Shown piece after piece: positions 17,889 through 27,669 of a stretch of 64,000 nucleotides of DNA; positions within the stretch are counted from its first letter, which is position 1, and each line of letters opens with the position of its first letter. The notes beneath the pieces are model-generated. The model made no database searches. It had not been told where the DNA came from and was given only the letters and a program-made list of their open reading frames with translations. Position numbers and translations under genes: made by a program. Source of the DNA: an uncultured Candidatus Saccharimonadales bacterium (GTDB taxonomy: Bacteria; Patescibacteriota; Saccharimonadia; UBA4664); contig CAYXSN010000009.1 in assembly GCA_964467655.1 (NCBI GenBank), positions 85-64,084 on the forward strand. The letters are read 5' to 3'.

Positions 17889-19724
17889 ATGGCTAAGCGC
17901 AAAACCCTCGACATCGCGGCTCCTGCCTCTCGGCCCGAACCGCCCGAGGCGCCACCGGCTCCGCTCGCTGAGGTAGCGTTTGAATTAGACACCGCCAGTC
18001 CGTGGTGGCGCCGTTGGTGGGTACCGGTTCTAGGTATTGTCGCACTCATAGCAATAGTATACCCGGCCAGCTTCATACTAACCCATGGCTCCACAATCTA
18101 CCCCGGGGTAGTAGCCGACGGTTTAAGCCTGGGCGGCCTCAGTCAGGCGCAGGCCGAAACTCGTCTGGCCGAGCACGTACAAGCCTACCGGAGTCAGGCT
18201 CTGACCGTTACCCAAGACAACACGCTTTTGCGCATCCCGGTCATTAACCTTGATCCTCAGTACGACGCCGCCGCTGCTGCTAAACTAGCCTACCAATATG
18301 GCCGTAACGGCAACCTTAGCCAAAGGGCCTACGCGCTCGCTCGTCTGATGGCTTTGCGCCAAACGAACATTACCACGCTCAAGACCAACGACAAACAGCT
18401 AGCCCCTTACCTGGTTTCATTATTTGACGACGTTGCTACGCCTGTCCAAAATGCCAGCCTGATGTTCCAGGACAACCAGGCCCAGACCAAAGCCGCCCAA
18501 GCCGGACGGCGGCTTGATATTGGCCAACTGTCGCTCATTATCAGAGATCGCCTAGCCACCACCTCGCTCGACCAGGTCTCGGCCCCGGTTTACACACTGG
18601 CGCCCGTACTGACCACAGCAGCCCTCACTGCCGCTATCGGCTCGATCAACCAATACATTGCCACGCCGATCATGCTTGAATACAACAACCAGACCAAGAC
18701 CATCGACCAATCAACCATCATCTCGTGGGTCAACACAGCTACGGCGCCCCAGGCCTCATTTTGGTTTTCCCGCCGCCTCGAAGACCTCTATCCGGTGGCC
18801 TCGTCAGCTAACATCGGTCTAAGCTCGGCGGCCATCCAACGTTATGTGCAAGGATTGGCTGAATCTCTCAACCAATCGGCCCGTAACGCTGCCTTAAGCA
18901 TGCAGGACGGCCAACTGGTGATCACTCAAGCTTCCCGAGCTGGCATCAAACTCGATCAAGCTCAAGCTCAGGCTGATATCACCAAAGTACTTCAGGCCAC
19001 CGGCGACCGGCGGGTAGCTCTCAAGCTCGAGACACTGCCGGCCGATGTGAATGAGACCAACCTTGAGGACCTTGGTATTAAAGAATTAATCTCGACAGGC
19101 GACACTTACTTTCCCGGCTCACCCAGCACTAGATTGACCAATGTCAGGGCCGGCGCCAAAAGATTCAATGGTGTCGTGCTCAAACCCGGTGAGACCTTCT
19201 CGTTCGGGGCATTGCTCGGCGATGTCGGCCCGGCCACCGGCTACGTACCCGAGTTGGTGATTATCGGTAACAAAGAAGTCAAGCAATATGGTGGTGGGTT
19301 ATGCCAGGTTTCCTCTACGGCGTTTAGGGCAGCTTTGGCAGCTGGTCTGCCGATTACGGAGCGGGTGAACCACTCATTCGCCATCAGTTACTATACCTGG
19401 CCGTATGCTGCTCCTGGAGTTGATGCCACTATTTATTATCCCGACGTTGACTTCAAATTTGTAAATGATACCGGCCACTATATTTTGATGCAGACGATTA
19501 TGAACGGATATAGTTTGAAGTTTGAATTTTATGGGACCAAGACCAAATCAGGAGTCGTTCGGGGCCCCCAGTTTATCACAGGCTCGAGTGATGCTACCAA
19601 ACCTTCCCGGACGGTGTTTTACCGGGATGTTTTAGACCTTGATGGCAAAGTGATCAAGACCGATCCCTTCTATACCAATTACAAGTCAAGCCTCGATTTT
19701 AAGATAGTTAATGAGTTGAACTAA
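17889..19724 (+). CDS. VanW-family protein with N-terminal TM anchor
   Basis: C-terminal region ...KQYGGGLCQVSSTAFRAALAAGLPI... is the VanW signature. Start set at ATG 17889 (MAKRKTL). Confidence 0.75.
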   Translation: MAKRKTLDIAAPASRPEPPEAPPAPLAEVAFELDTASPWWRRWWVPVLGIVALIAIVYPASFILTHGSTIYPGVVADGLSLGGLSQAQAETRLAEHVQAYRSQALTVTQDNTLLRIPVINLDPQYDAAAAAKLAYQYGRNGNLSQRAYALARLMALRQTNITTLKTNDKQLAPYLVSLFDDVATPVQNASLMFQDNQAQTKAAQAGRRLDIGQLSLIIRDRLATTSLDQVSAPVYTLAPVLTTAALTAAIGSINQYIATPIMLEYNNQTKTIDQSTIISWVNTATAPQASFWFSRRLEDLYPVASSANIGLSSAAIQRYVQGLAESLNQSARNAALSMQDGQLVITQASRAGIKLDQAQAQADITKVLQATGDRRVALKLETLPADVNETNLEDLGIKELISTGDTYFPGSPSTRLTNVRAGAKRFNGVVLKPGETFSFGALLGDVGPATGYVPELVIIGNKEVKQYGGGLCQVSSTAFRAALAAGLPITERVNHSFAISYYTWPYAAPGVDATIYYPDVDFKFVNDTGHYILMQTIMNGYSLKFEFYGTKTKSGVVRGPQFITGSSDATKPSRTVFYRDVLDLDGKVIKTDPFYTNYKSSLDFKIVNELN

Positions 19725-19796
19725 GCTCGCCAAAATCCTCTTGACACTACGGGCTTTGTTCGCCATACTAAAACCATACACAACCAAGGAGGGAAT

Positions 19797-20420
19797 ATGT
19801 TGGCACCACTGACGAAGCGCCAGAAACAAATACTCGATTATGTCACCCAGTTTATTGAGCTACACGGCTATGCTCCCAGCTACCGCGAAATTGGCGCTCA
19901 TTTCAGTTACGGTTCAGTGGCCACCGTCGCCGAGCATATCGAATCACTCGTAGCCAAAGGCGCCTTGCGCAAAAGTGATAACGAGGCCCGCTCTATCCAG
20001 CTCGTTCGACCTCGTGATACTGGTCAGTTTAACGATGCTGTTGCTCTACCTATCTTAGGCTTGGTCGCCGCCGGTCAACCTATCGAAACCTTAGGCACTC
20101 ACCCTGAAACACTCGAGGTACCGCCGTTTATGGTGGGCCGCAAAAATTCCTACGTCCTGCAAGTCAAAGGCGATTCAATGATCGACGAGGGCATCCATAC
20201 CGGTGATTATGTCGTAGTTACCGAGAAACCAGTGCCCAGTAATGGTGAAATGGTCATCGCCCTCCTCAATGGCGGCGAAGCTACACTGAAGCGCTACTAC
20301 CGTGAGGCCGGTCATATCAGGCTCCAGCCTTCAAACGCCGCCATGGAGCCGATCATCATACCCGATGGTCAGGCCATCGAGATCCAGGGCGTGGTTATTG
20401 GCCTCATCCGTAAGTACTAG
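19797..20420 (+). CDS. lexA: LexA repressor
   Basis: N-terminal winged helix-turn-helix. S24 peptidase with catalytic Ser (GDSM) and Lys (LKRY). AAGGAGG ribosome-binding site. Confidence 0.9.
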   Translation: MLAPLTKRQKQILDYVTQFIELHGYAPSYREIGAHFSYGSVATVAEHIESLVAKGALRKSDNEARSIQLVRPRDTGQFNDAVALPILGLVAAGQPIETLGTHPETLEVPPFMVGRKNSYVLQVKGDSMIDEGIHTGDYVVVTEKPVPSNGEMVIALLNGGEATLKRYYREAGHIRLQPSNAAMEPIIIPDGQAIEIQGVVIGLIRKY

Positions 20421-20658
20421 AGGCTTCCTGTGAGTTTCTCTCAGCAAAACTTTAGCTGCCAGCTCTATATTCCAGCTCAGGGACATATGAAGTTCTCATT
20501 GCCCACCGAGCCGGGCCCTCGTAAGGTAGTCAAACTAAACGCTCCCTCTTACGACCAGCTAACCGATCCTGGATTCCGTCGACTGCTTGCTGCTTTCGAA
20601 TCATTACAGCCACCCACGTTACAAATTGTGCAGGTCTAACGGAGCGGCGCAAACATAT

Positions 20659-21411
20659 ATGATTCAGGCTCAATCATTTTTGCAATTTCCGGAGCTCAGC
20701 CATGGTTTTTCGGACGTTTCTGATGGCAACATGGACTATCGGTTTGGTGCTCAGCCAGATGTCGAGTCCAACCGCCGCCGTTACTTAGATAAACTTGGTC
20801 TCAACCTCGACCACGCGGTCCAACAAAGAGGCCTAGAGGCTGAGATTCATAGTGTAACCTCGGCCGATAGAGGCATTGGCATGAAAGCGGCCGAAACCGG
20901 CCTCAAAGCAAACACTTTTATTACGAAGCAACCCGGTATTGCTTTGTTTCTATGCATTGCCGATTGTTTGCCAATTATGATCTATGATAGTCAGCAACAC
21001 GTTGTAGCTTTGCTACACGCCGCCCGCAATAGCACGAACCTCATGCTAACCACCAAAGTCGTGCAAACCCTGATGGATCACTATAATTGCCATCCCCAGG
21101 ATATGTGGGTGGTTTGTGGGCCGGCTATCAGATCTAAGTCGTATGTGTTTGACGAGCCGGTAATTAGCGACTTAGTCGGTCCCGAATGGCGGCCGTTCAT
21201 GCAGAAGTTACCGAATGGTCGGGTGGCGGTTGATGTGCCGGCCTACAACCATGACCAACTCCTCAAGGCCGGAGTCCCGGCTGCACAGATTGAGGATCTA
21301 TCAATTAATACGAGAACTGATTCGCGATTCTTTTCTCACGTCAGGTCGGTCGAGGAGCATCTACCGGAAGGCCGGTTTGCAGCTGTGGTCGCACTTAAGA
21401 CGTTGGCCTAG
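20659..21411 (+). CDS. pgeF: PgeF/YfiH-family (DUF152) purine nucleoside phosphorylase / laccase-domain protein
   Basis: The CIADCLPI motif and overall length match the family. Start at ATG 20659. Confidence 0.8.
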   Translation: MIQAQSFLQFPELSHGFSDVSDGNMDYRFGAQPDVESNRRRYLDKLGLNLDHAVQQRGLEAEIHSVTSADRGIGMKAAETGLKANTFITKQPGIALFLCIADCLPIMIYDSQQHVVALLHAARNSTNLMLTTKVVQTLMDHYNCHPQDMWVVCGPAIRSKSYVFDEPVISDLVGPEWRPFMQKLPNGRVAVDVPAYNHDQLLKAGVPAAQIEDLSINTRTDSRFFSHVRSVEEHLPEGRFAAVVALKTLA

Positions 21412-21922
21412 GAGTTTTGATGTGCGTATCGGAATGGTGGGCACCACTCACTCTCCAAGGCCGTTCTAGGCCCGCAAAAGCCACTAGAGCTTGAGTCCTC
21501 ATGATGCCTCCCACGACTTCGGGACGATAATCCCAATCTTCTGCCAATTGAGCTATCCTGATTTTACGCCGACGAAACAAATGGGGTAAGTCTTCGCGGT
21601 ACAGACCAAAAGCTATGCGCGGAATATTGGACTGAAAAATGGCAGCCGAGCACATGGGACACGGCTCGGTTGAGGAGTACAATACACAGTCGCTCAGGTC
21701 GCGGCGTCCTAATTGTTGGCACGCCGAACTAATGGCTACCATTTCGGCATGGGCTGTCACATCTGCTCGCCGCTTCTCGAAATTTTCGGCGGCGGCAATC
21801 ACATGCTCGCCCCTAGTCAAGACGGCTCCAAAAGGAAACTCATCCCATCGCCGACTCGCCTCAGCCAGATCAAGAGCCAGGCGCATGTGTTGCTCTGATA
21901 GCCATTCCATGGCGTCGATCAT
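21395..21922 (-). CDS. CMP/dCMP-type zinc deaminase (TadA-like tRNA adenosine deaminase)
   Basis: HAE and PCxxC zinc-ligand motifs (HAEMVAI...PCPMC). Confidence 0.8.
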   Translation of the reverse strand: MIDAMEWLSEQHMRLALDLAEASRRWDEFPFGAVLTRGEHVIAAAENFEKRRADVTAHAEMVAISSACQQLGRRDLSDCVLYSSTEPCPMCSAAIFQSNIPRIAFGLYREDLPHLFRRRKIRIAQLAEDWDYRPEVVGGIMRTQALVAFAGLERPWRVSGAHHSDTHIKTPRPTS

Positions 21923-23340
21923 TTCCGCCGCATGAGATACATCTGCCGACCACTTTCCCTCACGCCGTCTTGCTGCATAATAGTGTAATACCGGCCAAAA
22001 GCTTTCTCGAATACTAGCTGGTCATATTGGTCGAATATATCTTTGCGAGTCGCCAGCAATGTTTGCACTTTGGAGTCATCCTTGGGTACAAACTCGATAG
22101 CCAAATACTCTCCTAGGCTCGCAAACCATTGAGCGATGTGCCCAAAAGGCAGATTATTGGAAATCGCTAGGTGATGAATGAGTGCCAGAGCCAACACCAG
22201 CCGGTTATGGCCATCGCCGGCTCGCGTCTGCAGGCCAGGCCGCTCCTGATTGGCCCAGCCGATGCCCGGTGAAGGGTTCGTGGCATCAAGTAGTAAGGGC
22301 ACCAAAGCTGTCTCCTGGTGCTCCCGCCCGTACCGGTAATTTTTTTCAACTGCCAAGGGGTCAATGTCGAAACATAAGGCCCTCTGAGCCCCTGCCTCCA
22401 GCGCCACTCGACTAAACCGACCATCATTACCGCCCAGATCCCAGACCTCGGCCGCCTGAATCGCCGCAGTGTACTGCTTGACGATCTCGATCTTGTGGGT
22501 AGCCGCCGCATCAGAATAATTAGTAAAGCTGTAGTATTTACCCCATTCAGTAACCGCACCTCGCGGCAAACGCAAGCTTTTTACGGTTCGACGCAAGCTA
22601 TCAGTTAAGCCCAGAAGTGATTGGCGAGCCAGCTTTTGACCAGCCTCATCCTGACGGACAACTTGCTTGACGGGCTTGTTGGCGTATCGCCGCTGCGACG
22701 AACTATGAATCGACAAGTGCAACATCAGCCCCGGCCTGATCTTACTCCGGGTTGGTAGGGCTGCCGCTGCCAAATCAAGCGGCACGCCGTCAATAAAATC
22801 TCTCATCAGAAGATTGAGCCTAATGTCTACCTTGGCCATCAGGGCCAACGGTGCCAAAAAGTGCCGGCAAAACTGGCCATAAGCCTGCCAGGCTCGGCCA
22901 CCTGCATACGGCTCAAAAGATAAGGTATCAATCAAGACAGGTCGGCCTCGCCAAAACTGCACGTTGTATGCGCTGGCATCCTTGAGAATGAAGCCCTGCT
23001 CCAGTGCCAAATGTTGGGCATCAAGGGTCAGTAACGCAGCATCTTTATAGGCAGAAAAAGCCCATTCATAAGGGTACGACACCCAGTCGAGCTGCTCAGG
23101 CTCCAAAATGTAGGCGGCCCCACCCGGCCAGCCTCCCAGTTCAGATACTGGGAGCTCTCGATGAGGTATCAGCCAACCTCTGGCGATCAGCTCAGCAAAC
23201 AATCCGCTATCCCTAGCAGCTTCATAATCGCGCCGGCCCGCTGGAAACACCTGCCGGTAAACTTTACCGCTTCGGCGGGTCATAGCTCCGGCTGGATCGC
23301 GAAACGATGTAGCGGCCAGGCTTACGTCTGGCTCCGTCAT
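21919..23340 (-). CDS. protein with C-terminal class-I SAM-dependent methyltransferase domain and uncharacterised N-terminal domain
   Basis: VWDLGGNDGRF matches motif I (vLDlGcGtG). The N-terminal ~270 aa has no match to a family I can name. Confidence 0.5.
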   Translation of the reverse strand: MTEPDVSLAATSFRDPAGAMTRRSGKVYRQVFPAGRRDYEAARDSGLFAELIARGWLIPHRELPVSELGGWPGGAAYILEPEQLDWVSYPYEWAFSAYKDAALLTLDAQHLALEQGFILKDASAYNVQFWRGRPVLIDTLSFEPYAGGRAWQAYGQFCRHFLAPLALMAKVDIRLNLLMRDFIDGVPLDLAAAALPTRSKIRPGLMLHLSIHSSSQRRYANKPVKQVVRQDEAGQKLARQSLLGLTDSLRRTVKSLRLPRGAVTEWGKYYSFTNYSDAAATHKIEIVKQYTAAIQAAEVWDLGGNDGRFSRVALEAGAQRALCFDIDPLAVEKNYRYGREHQETALVPLLLDATNPSPGIGWANQERPGLQTRAGDGHNRLVLALALIHHLAISNNLPFGHIAQWFASLGEYLAIEFVPKDDSKVQTLLATRKDIFDQYDQLVFEKAFGRYYTIMQQDGVRESGRQMYLMRRK

Positions 23341-23531
23341 GCCTCGTCCTCAGGCTTGTCGGGCTTTGCTTTTAGCCCGTGTCCTGATGACGAGTTTCTC
23401 TTGGTCAATCTATGCCACCAGCGGGAAATTTGATGGCGGATGGCATACACAACGGCCAATACGGTACCAATGACCATCTGAAGAAACAGACTACCGGACG
23501 AAGGGTCGATATAACCAAGCAGTGCAATCAT
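23337..23531 (-). CDS. small single-TM protein, hypothetical
   Basis: 64 aa with one TM helix. Encoded immediately upstream of the methyltransferase gene with a 4-nt overlap. Confidence 0.3.
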   Translation of the reverse strand: MIALLGYIDPSSGSLFLQMVIGTVLAVVYAIRHQISRWWHRLTKRNSSSGHGLKAKPDKPEDEA

Positions 23532-23558
23532 ACCAATTAGTGTATCACATCTGTTGGG

Positions 23559-24551
23559 CTATTTTGGCCAAGCGAGAGGATTGGAGGACTGCGCAACGTG
23601 CCGGCGGTACAGCACGAAAGCTACCACAGCCACGATCACCAGGAAGACGATGAGACCCACAGCTACCAGGTTCTCCCGGGCTACCAGCACGGCATTCTGC
23701 CAGAAAGATTTATTGGTGTTCACTTTGAGTGTGCTGGTGGTTTCCTGGACGATATTGCCGGTGGAGTCGGTCGTGGTAGTGGTTACGGTGTGCTTGCCAT
23801 CGCTTAAGCTATTAGTATCAAGATTTGAGCCAGTTACCGGTTTGCCGTCAACGGCTACCTTCGTGGTTGTGCCGGGTATGGGCGTAGGTAAAGGCGTTGG
23901 GGTAGCGGTACGAGTGCCAAAGATTGGCGTCGGCGTGGGATTGGAGCTGACGGGTGTTGTCGTGGGGAGAGGTGTCGGCGTGTTGGTTACGGGAGTTGGT
24001 GTGGGCGTGGGTGACTGACCCGTCAGGACACTTAAGGTGGTTTCCTGCAGTGAGTCAAGGATGTTGGTGTTTGAGTTAGCATTAGCCAAAACTGATGTAT
24101 TAGCCAGCGTCACTTTATTGTTCTGGCCAGCCTTCACTCGGAAGGTCACTTTAGCCACGGGGTGATCACCGGTCAAAGGCGTAATACTACCCCGGGTGAT
24201 ACTGATAGCGCCATTGCCGGTTTTGGTGGGTGCCTCGACGCCGTAGGAACTGCCAATAGTATCTAATCCCACATATTCGAGGTTGCCTGTCGGGTATTTG
24301 ACGTCAGCCCTGACCGCATTAACGGGTGTGGACCCACTATCAGCTCGCACTGTCAGTGTGACAGTGCTGTTAGCTAATACTTCGGCTGACAGGGGATCGA
24401 AGTACAAGCTACCCGAGCCGGCTGCCCGTGAAAACAGCACCACAAAAACGCCCACCATGACGGTAATAGAAGCCAGCCAACCTGCCAGTGGCATATTAAA
24501 CTTGGGCCGGTTTTGCAGCTTGGACGGTAATTTTTTACGAGTTGCCATCAA
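23559..24551 (-). CDS. cell-surface protein: signal/TM segment, cohesin-like domain, Thr/Pro-rich linkers and C-terminal TM anchor
   Basis: GSGSLYFDPLSAEVLANSTVTLTVRADSGSTPVNAVRADVKYPTGNLEYVG... matches the cohesin pattern and the neighbour's domain. TPTPTP linkers. C-terminal hydrophobic helix followed by basic residues. Confidence 0.6.
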   Translation of the reverse strand: MMATRKKLPSKLQNRPKFNMPLAGWLASITVMVGVFVVLFSRAAGSGSLYFDPLSAEVLANSTVTLTVRADSGSTPVNAVRADVKYPTGNLEYVGLDTIGSSYGVEAPTKTGNGAISITRGSITPLTGDHPVAKVTFRVKAGQNNKVTLANTSVLANANSNTNILDSLQETTLSVLTGQSPTPTPTPVTNTPTPLPTTTPVSSNPTPTPIFGTRTATPTPLPTPIPGTTTKVAVDGKPVTGSNLDTNSLSDGKHTVTTTTTDSTGNIVQETTSTLKVNTNKSFWQNAVLVARENLVAVGLIVFLVIVAVVAFVLYRRHVAQSSNPLAWPK

Positions 24552-24596
24552 CTTTTCTTAAAGCTCTTACGTTAACAATATCATACATCTGTTGGG

Positions 24597-26384
24597 TTAG
24601 TACTTCCAATTACTCAAGAGAATCGACAGGTCATAGACGTCAGTCACTCCGTCATGATTGAAGTCGTTGAGGGTGCTGAGACTGTTCCAGCTCAGGAGTA
24701 GTTGCGACAGATCTGACATATTCACAACCCCGTCATGGTTCGTGTCGCCTGGCACAGCCGGCACTGGAGTTGGTGTCGGCGTTGGCTTTGGTGTCGGCGT
24801 GGGCGTTGGTACTGGTGTGGGCGTGACGGTCGGCCGGGGGGTCGGCGTCGGAGTAGCAGTCGGCCGCGGAGTGGCTGTCGAGGTCGGTGTTGGCGTCGCG
24901 CCTGTGCTGGTAGTTATGGTGATGGCGGCTGGCTGGCGGTTGCTTAGAATATCGGTTGCCGCCGTGGTTACCAGGTTGGATGATGCCGCAAACTGTACAG
25001 TCGTAGCACCAGTCGTAGCCAGCGCCTTGAAAACAATCTTGGCGACCAATTTGTCGCCGGTCAGCGCCGGTGTGCCTCCGGCGGTGGCGCGGGTAATCAG
25101 TACCTGGCCGCTCGTGGCATTGGTAACGGCACTCAGTCCGAAGTCGGCACCAGTATCAATCACTGAATCGTATTGCAACCGGGTGGCATCGTATGTCACG
25201 TTCGCCTGGACGGCGTTAACCTGAGTAGTACCGGAATTCTCCCGGATTTCCAATGTCACGGTACTGCCGCTGGCGAGACTGCTGCTTGCGGGACTGAAAT
25301 ACAACGATCCACTGCCCGTAGCTGGCGTACTCGTGGGGGTGGGCGATGCGGTAGCGGTCGGCGTAGGAACCGGCGTGGTTGACTGGATGCGGTCGAAAGC
25401 AGCTTTGATGAAAGCCACGCCAGGGCTAACAGTGCGTGAATCGAGTCCGCCATCAGCATGACCAGCGCTGGAGTCGAGATGGATCTCAGAAACGGCTCCC
25501 CGGGCGTGGACAGCGTCATACATCTCTTGAGATTGAGGATACGCGACGGTACAATCCTGTCGGCCGTGGGCAAAGTAAAAAGCCGGCAAAGTTTTAATAT
25601 TCTGAACGTAGCCCACCAAGTTGGCAGCACTCAACAAAGATGAATTCTGGATTGGTCCACCCAGCCAAATCGACTCAGGCGAGTCTCCGGCGACATGGTC
25701 TTGATAATCACTGCAGTATGAAGCAGCCTGCTCATTCATGGTGCCGAAATCGGTCGGACTATACAAACTGACAACGGCTTGGACTGCGCTGCTTTGGCCG
25801 CTGTTGCCTAGGTTACCGCCGTCAAACGTGCTACTCTGGTCGCCAGTAACCGCCAGGGCGAGAGCCATATAAGCGCCAGCCGATCGGCCCCACGCCGCAA
25901 ACCTGTCGGTATCAAGTCCGTACTCGGCGGCATGTGCCCGCAACCAGCGTACGGCTGCTTTGACATCCTGCACGCCAGCCGGGAAGCGCGCATCACCACT
26001 CAGCCGGTAATTCAGGTTAGCGACTGCCCAGCCCTGACCGCGGAGGGCATCAACGTTATACATCTCGTCACTTTTATCGCCCTCCATAAAAGCGCCACCA
26101 TGAATGTTGACGATCACAGGAACTGCCCGTCCGGTTCGAGCCGGCAAATACAGATCAAGTTTTTGGGCGCTGTGTGCCGTCGCATACGATAGGTTATAAG
26201 CTTCTTGGGCCGGCGCCACTACGCCTGTTGCTGCTCGCAGGTTATATACAATCACGCTGCCAACCAGTACCACTGCCACCACCAAAAGCACGGCAAATTT
26301 CCGGTTAAATGACAATCGCTGGCGCTGATATTGGTTCGAAGGTTTTGGCGTCATGGTCTTTTTAGATTGGTTCGTTTTGGTCAT
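24597..26384 (-). CDS. membrane-anchored alpha/beta-hydrolase (esterase/lipase-like) with cohesin-like domain and C-terminal type-I dockerin
   Basis: N-terminal signal anchor. VNIHGGAFMEGD and GRSAG (GxSxG) indicate a hydrolase. TP-rich linkers. Cohesin-like domain. The C-terminus holds two Ca-binding dockerin repeats (DTNHDGVVNMSDL and NDFNHDGVTDVYDL). Confidence 0.7.
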   Translation of the reverse strand: MTKTNQSKKTMTPKPSNQYQRQRLSFNRKFAVLLVVAVVLVGSVIVYNLRAATGVVAPAQEAYNLSYATAHSAQKLDLYLPARTGRAVPVIVNIHGGAFMEGDKSDEMYNVDALRGQGWAVANLNYRLSGDARFPAGVQDVKAAVRWLRAHAAEYGLDTDRFAAWGRSAGAYMALALAVTGDQSSTFDGGNLGNSGQSSAVQAVVSLYSPTDFGTMNEQAASYCSDYQDHVAGDSPESIWLGGPIQNSSLLSAANLVGYVQNIKTLPAFYFAHGRQDCTVAYPQSQEMYDAVHARGAVSEIHLDSSAGHADGGLDSRTVSPGVAFIKAAFDRIQSTTPVPTPTATASPTPTSTPATGSGSLYFSPASSSLASGSTVTLEIRENSGTTQVNAVQANVTYDATRLQYDSVIDTGADFGLSAVTNATSGQVLITRATAGGTPALTGDKLVAKIVFKALATTGATTVQFAASSNLVTTAATDILSNRQPAAITITTSTGATPTPTSTATPRPTATPTPTPRPTVTPTPVPTPTPTPKPTPTPTPVPAVPGDTNHDGVVNMSDLSQLLLSWNSLSTLNDFNHDGVTDVYDLSILLSNWKY

Positions 26385-26761
26385 TCGCTCACAAATAAGG
26401 CGGCCGCCACAATACCGGCTAGCACTATGCCAGCAAACTGGACGCCTTGTTTACTCATCTGGCGGGCCGGCTGTTTGCGGCTTTCAAGATAGGCAATCAG
26501 AACCAGCAGCAAGCCAAATTTTATGCCCAAAGCCATCTGGTTGATATCCTCACGCTCCAGTCCGGCCAATACAAGGCCGCTCAGCAGCTGCCATCGCGCG
26601 CCCCAGAGTACCCAAGGAGTTACCCGATACGCTCCCGAACCCCATTGCGTCATGAGTCCGCCGACCACAGCCGCAAAACCTAAGAGGTGGGTATAAAAAA
26701 CGAGATGTTCAAGTAGCTCCATAGTCCTCAGTATAGCACCGCTTATGGTTATTCTAGTCAA
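26381..26761 (-). CDS. membrane protein, hypothetical
   Basis: 126 aa with 3-4 TM helices. Confidence 0.4.
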   Translation of the reverse strand: MTRITISGAILRTMELLEHLVFYTHLLGFAAVVGGLMTQWGSGAYRVTPWVLWGARWQLLSGLVLAGLEREDINQMALGIKFGLLLVLIAYLESRKQPARQMSKQGVQFAGIVLAGIVAAALFVSE

Positions 26762-26807
26762 TCATAAGCGTATACGACCAAGGCCTTGAGGGCTATACCC
26801 TGTTTGC

Positions 26808-27665
26808 TCAACGCTTCAGTAATCGCTCCACCCGCGCTGTCGTCGAAGGATGGGTCGAAAATAGGCCGGCCAGGCCTTCGGCATGAAACATATTCATAAA
26901 CATCAGATGGGCCGTGGCCTCCTGGGTGGGTGAGGGCTGAAGGTTGGCCATACGGGGCTTAAAACTCTCAAGTTTCTGCAAGGCGCTGGCCAGCTCTTGG
27001 CTGCTGCCCACCAGCTTGGCCCCATGGTCATCGGCCATAAACTCCCGGTTGCGCGACACGGCCATTTGGATCAGCATGGCCGCCAACGGCGCAATAATGA
27101 ACATCGCCAAGCTACCGATGGGGTTACCACTCCCTTCTTCGTCGTTGCTGCCAAACAGTCCGCCCATCCAAAAAGCCATTTCTGCGAGCATCGATATGGC
27201 TCCGCCCATGGTAGCAGCAATGGTGGAAACCAGCATGTCCCGGTTTTTCACGTGGCCGAGTTCGTGGCCAAGCACGGCCTTGAGTTCAGCCTCGTCAAGC
27301 AGATCGGTGATACCGCGAGTAACGGCCACCACAGCGTGCTTGGGTGAACGCCCTGTCGCAAAGGCATTGGGGATAGGAGTATCCACGAAATACAATGCCG
27401 GCATCGGCAGACCGTCGGCCTTGACGAGTTCCTCAACCATATCTTTGATGAAGCCGAAGCGTTTGGTATCAAGCGGCTGTGCCCCTTGCATTTTGAGTAC
27501 CAGACTGCCCGAAAACCAGTACATGCCAAAATTCATCACTGCCGCCAGCCCCAGAGCTAGGACTGCCCCACTGCGGCCACCCATGAGGTAGCCCACCCCC
27601 AGGAACAAACCGGTCAGCACCGCCATTAATAAAGTAGTTTTGGCAATTGAAGTTACATATCTCAT
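26808..27665 (-). CDS. htpX: zinc metalloprotease HtpX (M48)
   Basis: HELGHVKNRDM zinc motif. TM helices. Typical length. Confidence 0.85.
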   Translation of the reverse strand: MRYVTSIAKTTLLMAVLTGLFLGVGYLMGGRSGAVLALGLAAVMNFGMYWFSGSLVLKMQGAQPLDTKRFGFIKDMVEELVKADGLPMPALYFVDTPIPNAFATGRSPKHAVVAVTRGITDLLDEAELKAVLGHELGHVKNRDMLVSTIAATMGGAISMLAEMAFWMGGLFGSNDEEGSGNPIGSLAMFIIAPLAAMLIQMAVSRNREFMADDHGAKLVGSSQELASALQKLESFKPRMANLQPSPTQEATAHLMFMNMFHAEGLAGLFSTHPSTTARVERLLKR

Positions 27666-27669
27666 ACAT

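Noticed and set aside
19725-19796. SOS/LexA box upstream of lexA
   Set aside because: No Cheo-box (GAAC-N4-GTTC), E. coli-type (CTG-N10-CAG) or actinobacterial (TCGAAC-N4-GTTCGA) palindrome is present. Only a single GTTCG half-site is present. I cannot call it from sequence alone.
20430-20639. 69-aa ORF between lexA and pgeF
   Set aside because: There is no ribosome-binding site or recognisable motif. The 238-bp gap could equally hold only the pgeF promoter. A 51-aa version from ATG 20487 remains possible but is unsupported.
24735-25382. Short-period repeats (ggcgtcggcgtgggcgttggt... and similar) that could be mistaken for a CRISPR array or tandem-repeat element
   Set aside because: They are the antisense of Thr/Pro-linker codons (ACN CCN) inside the surface-protein genes. 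They have no regular repeat-spacer periodicity. I found no CRISPR array anywhere in the window.
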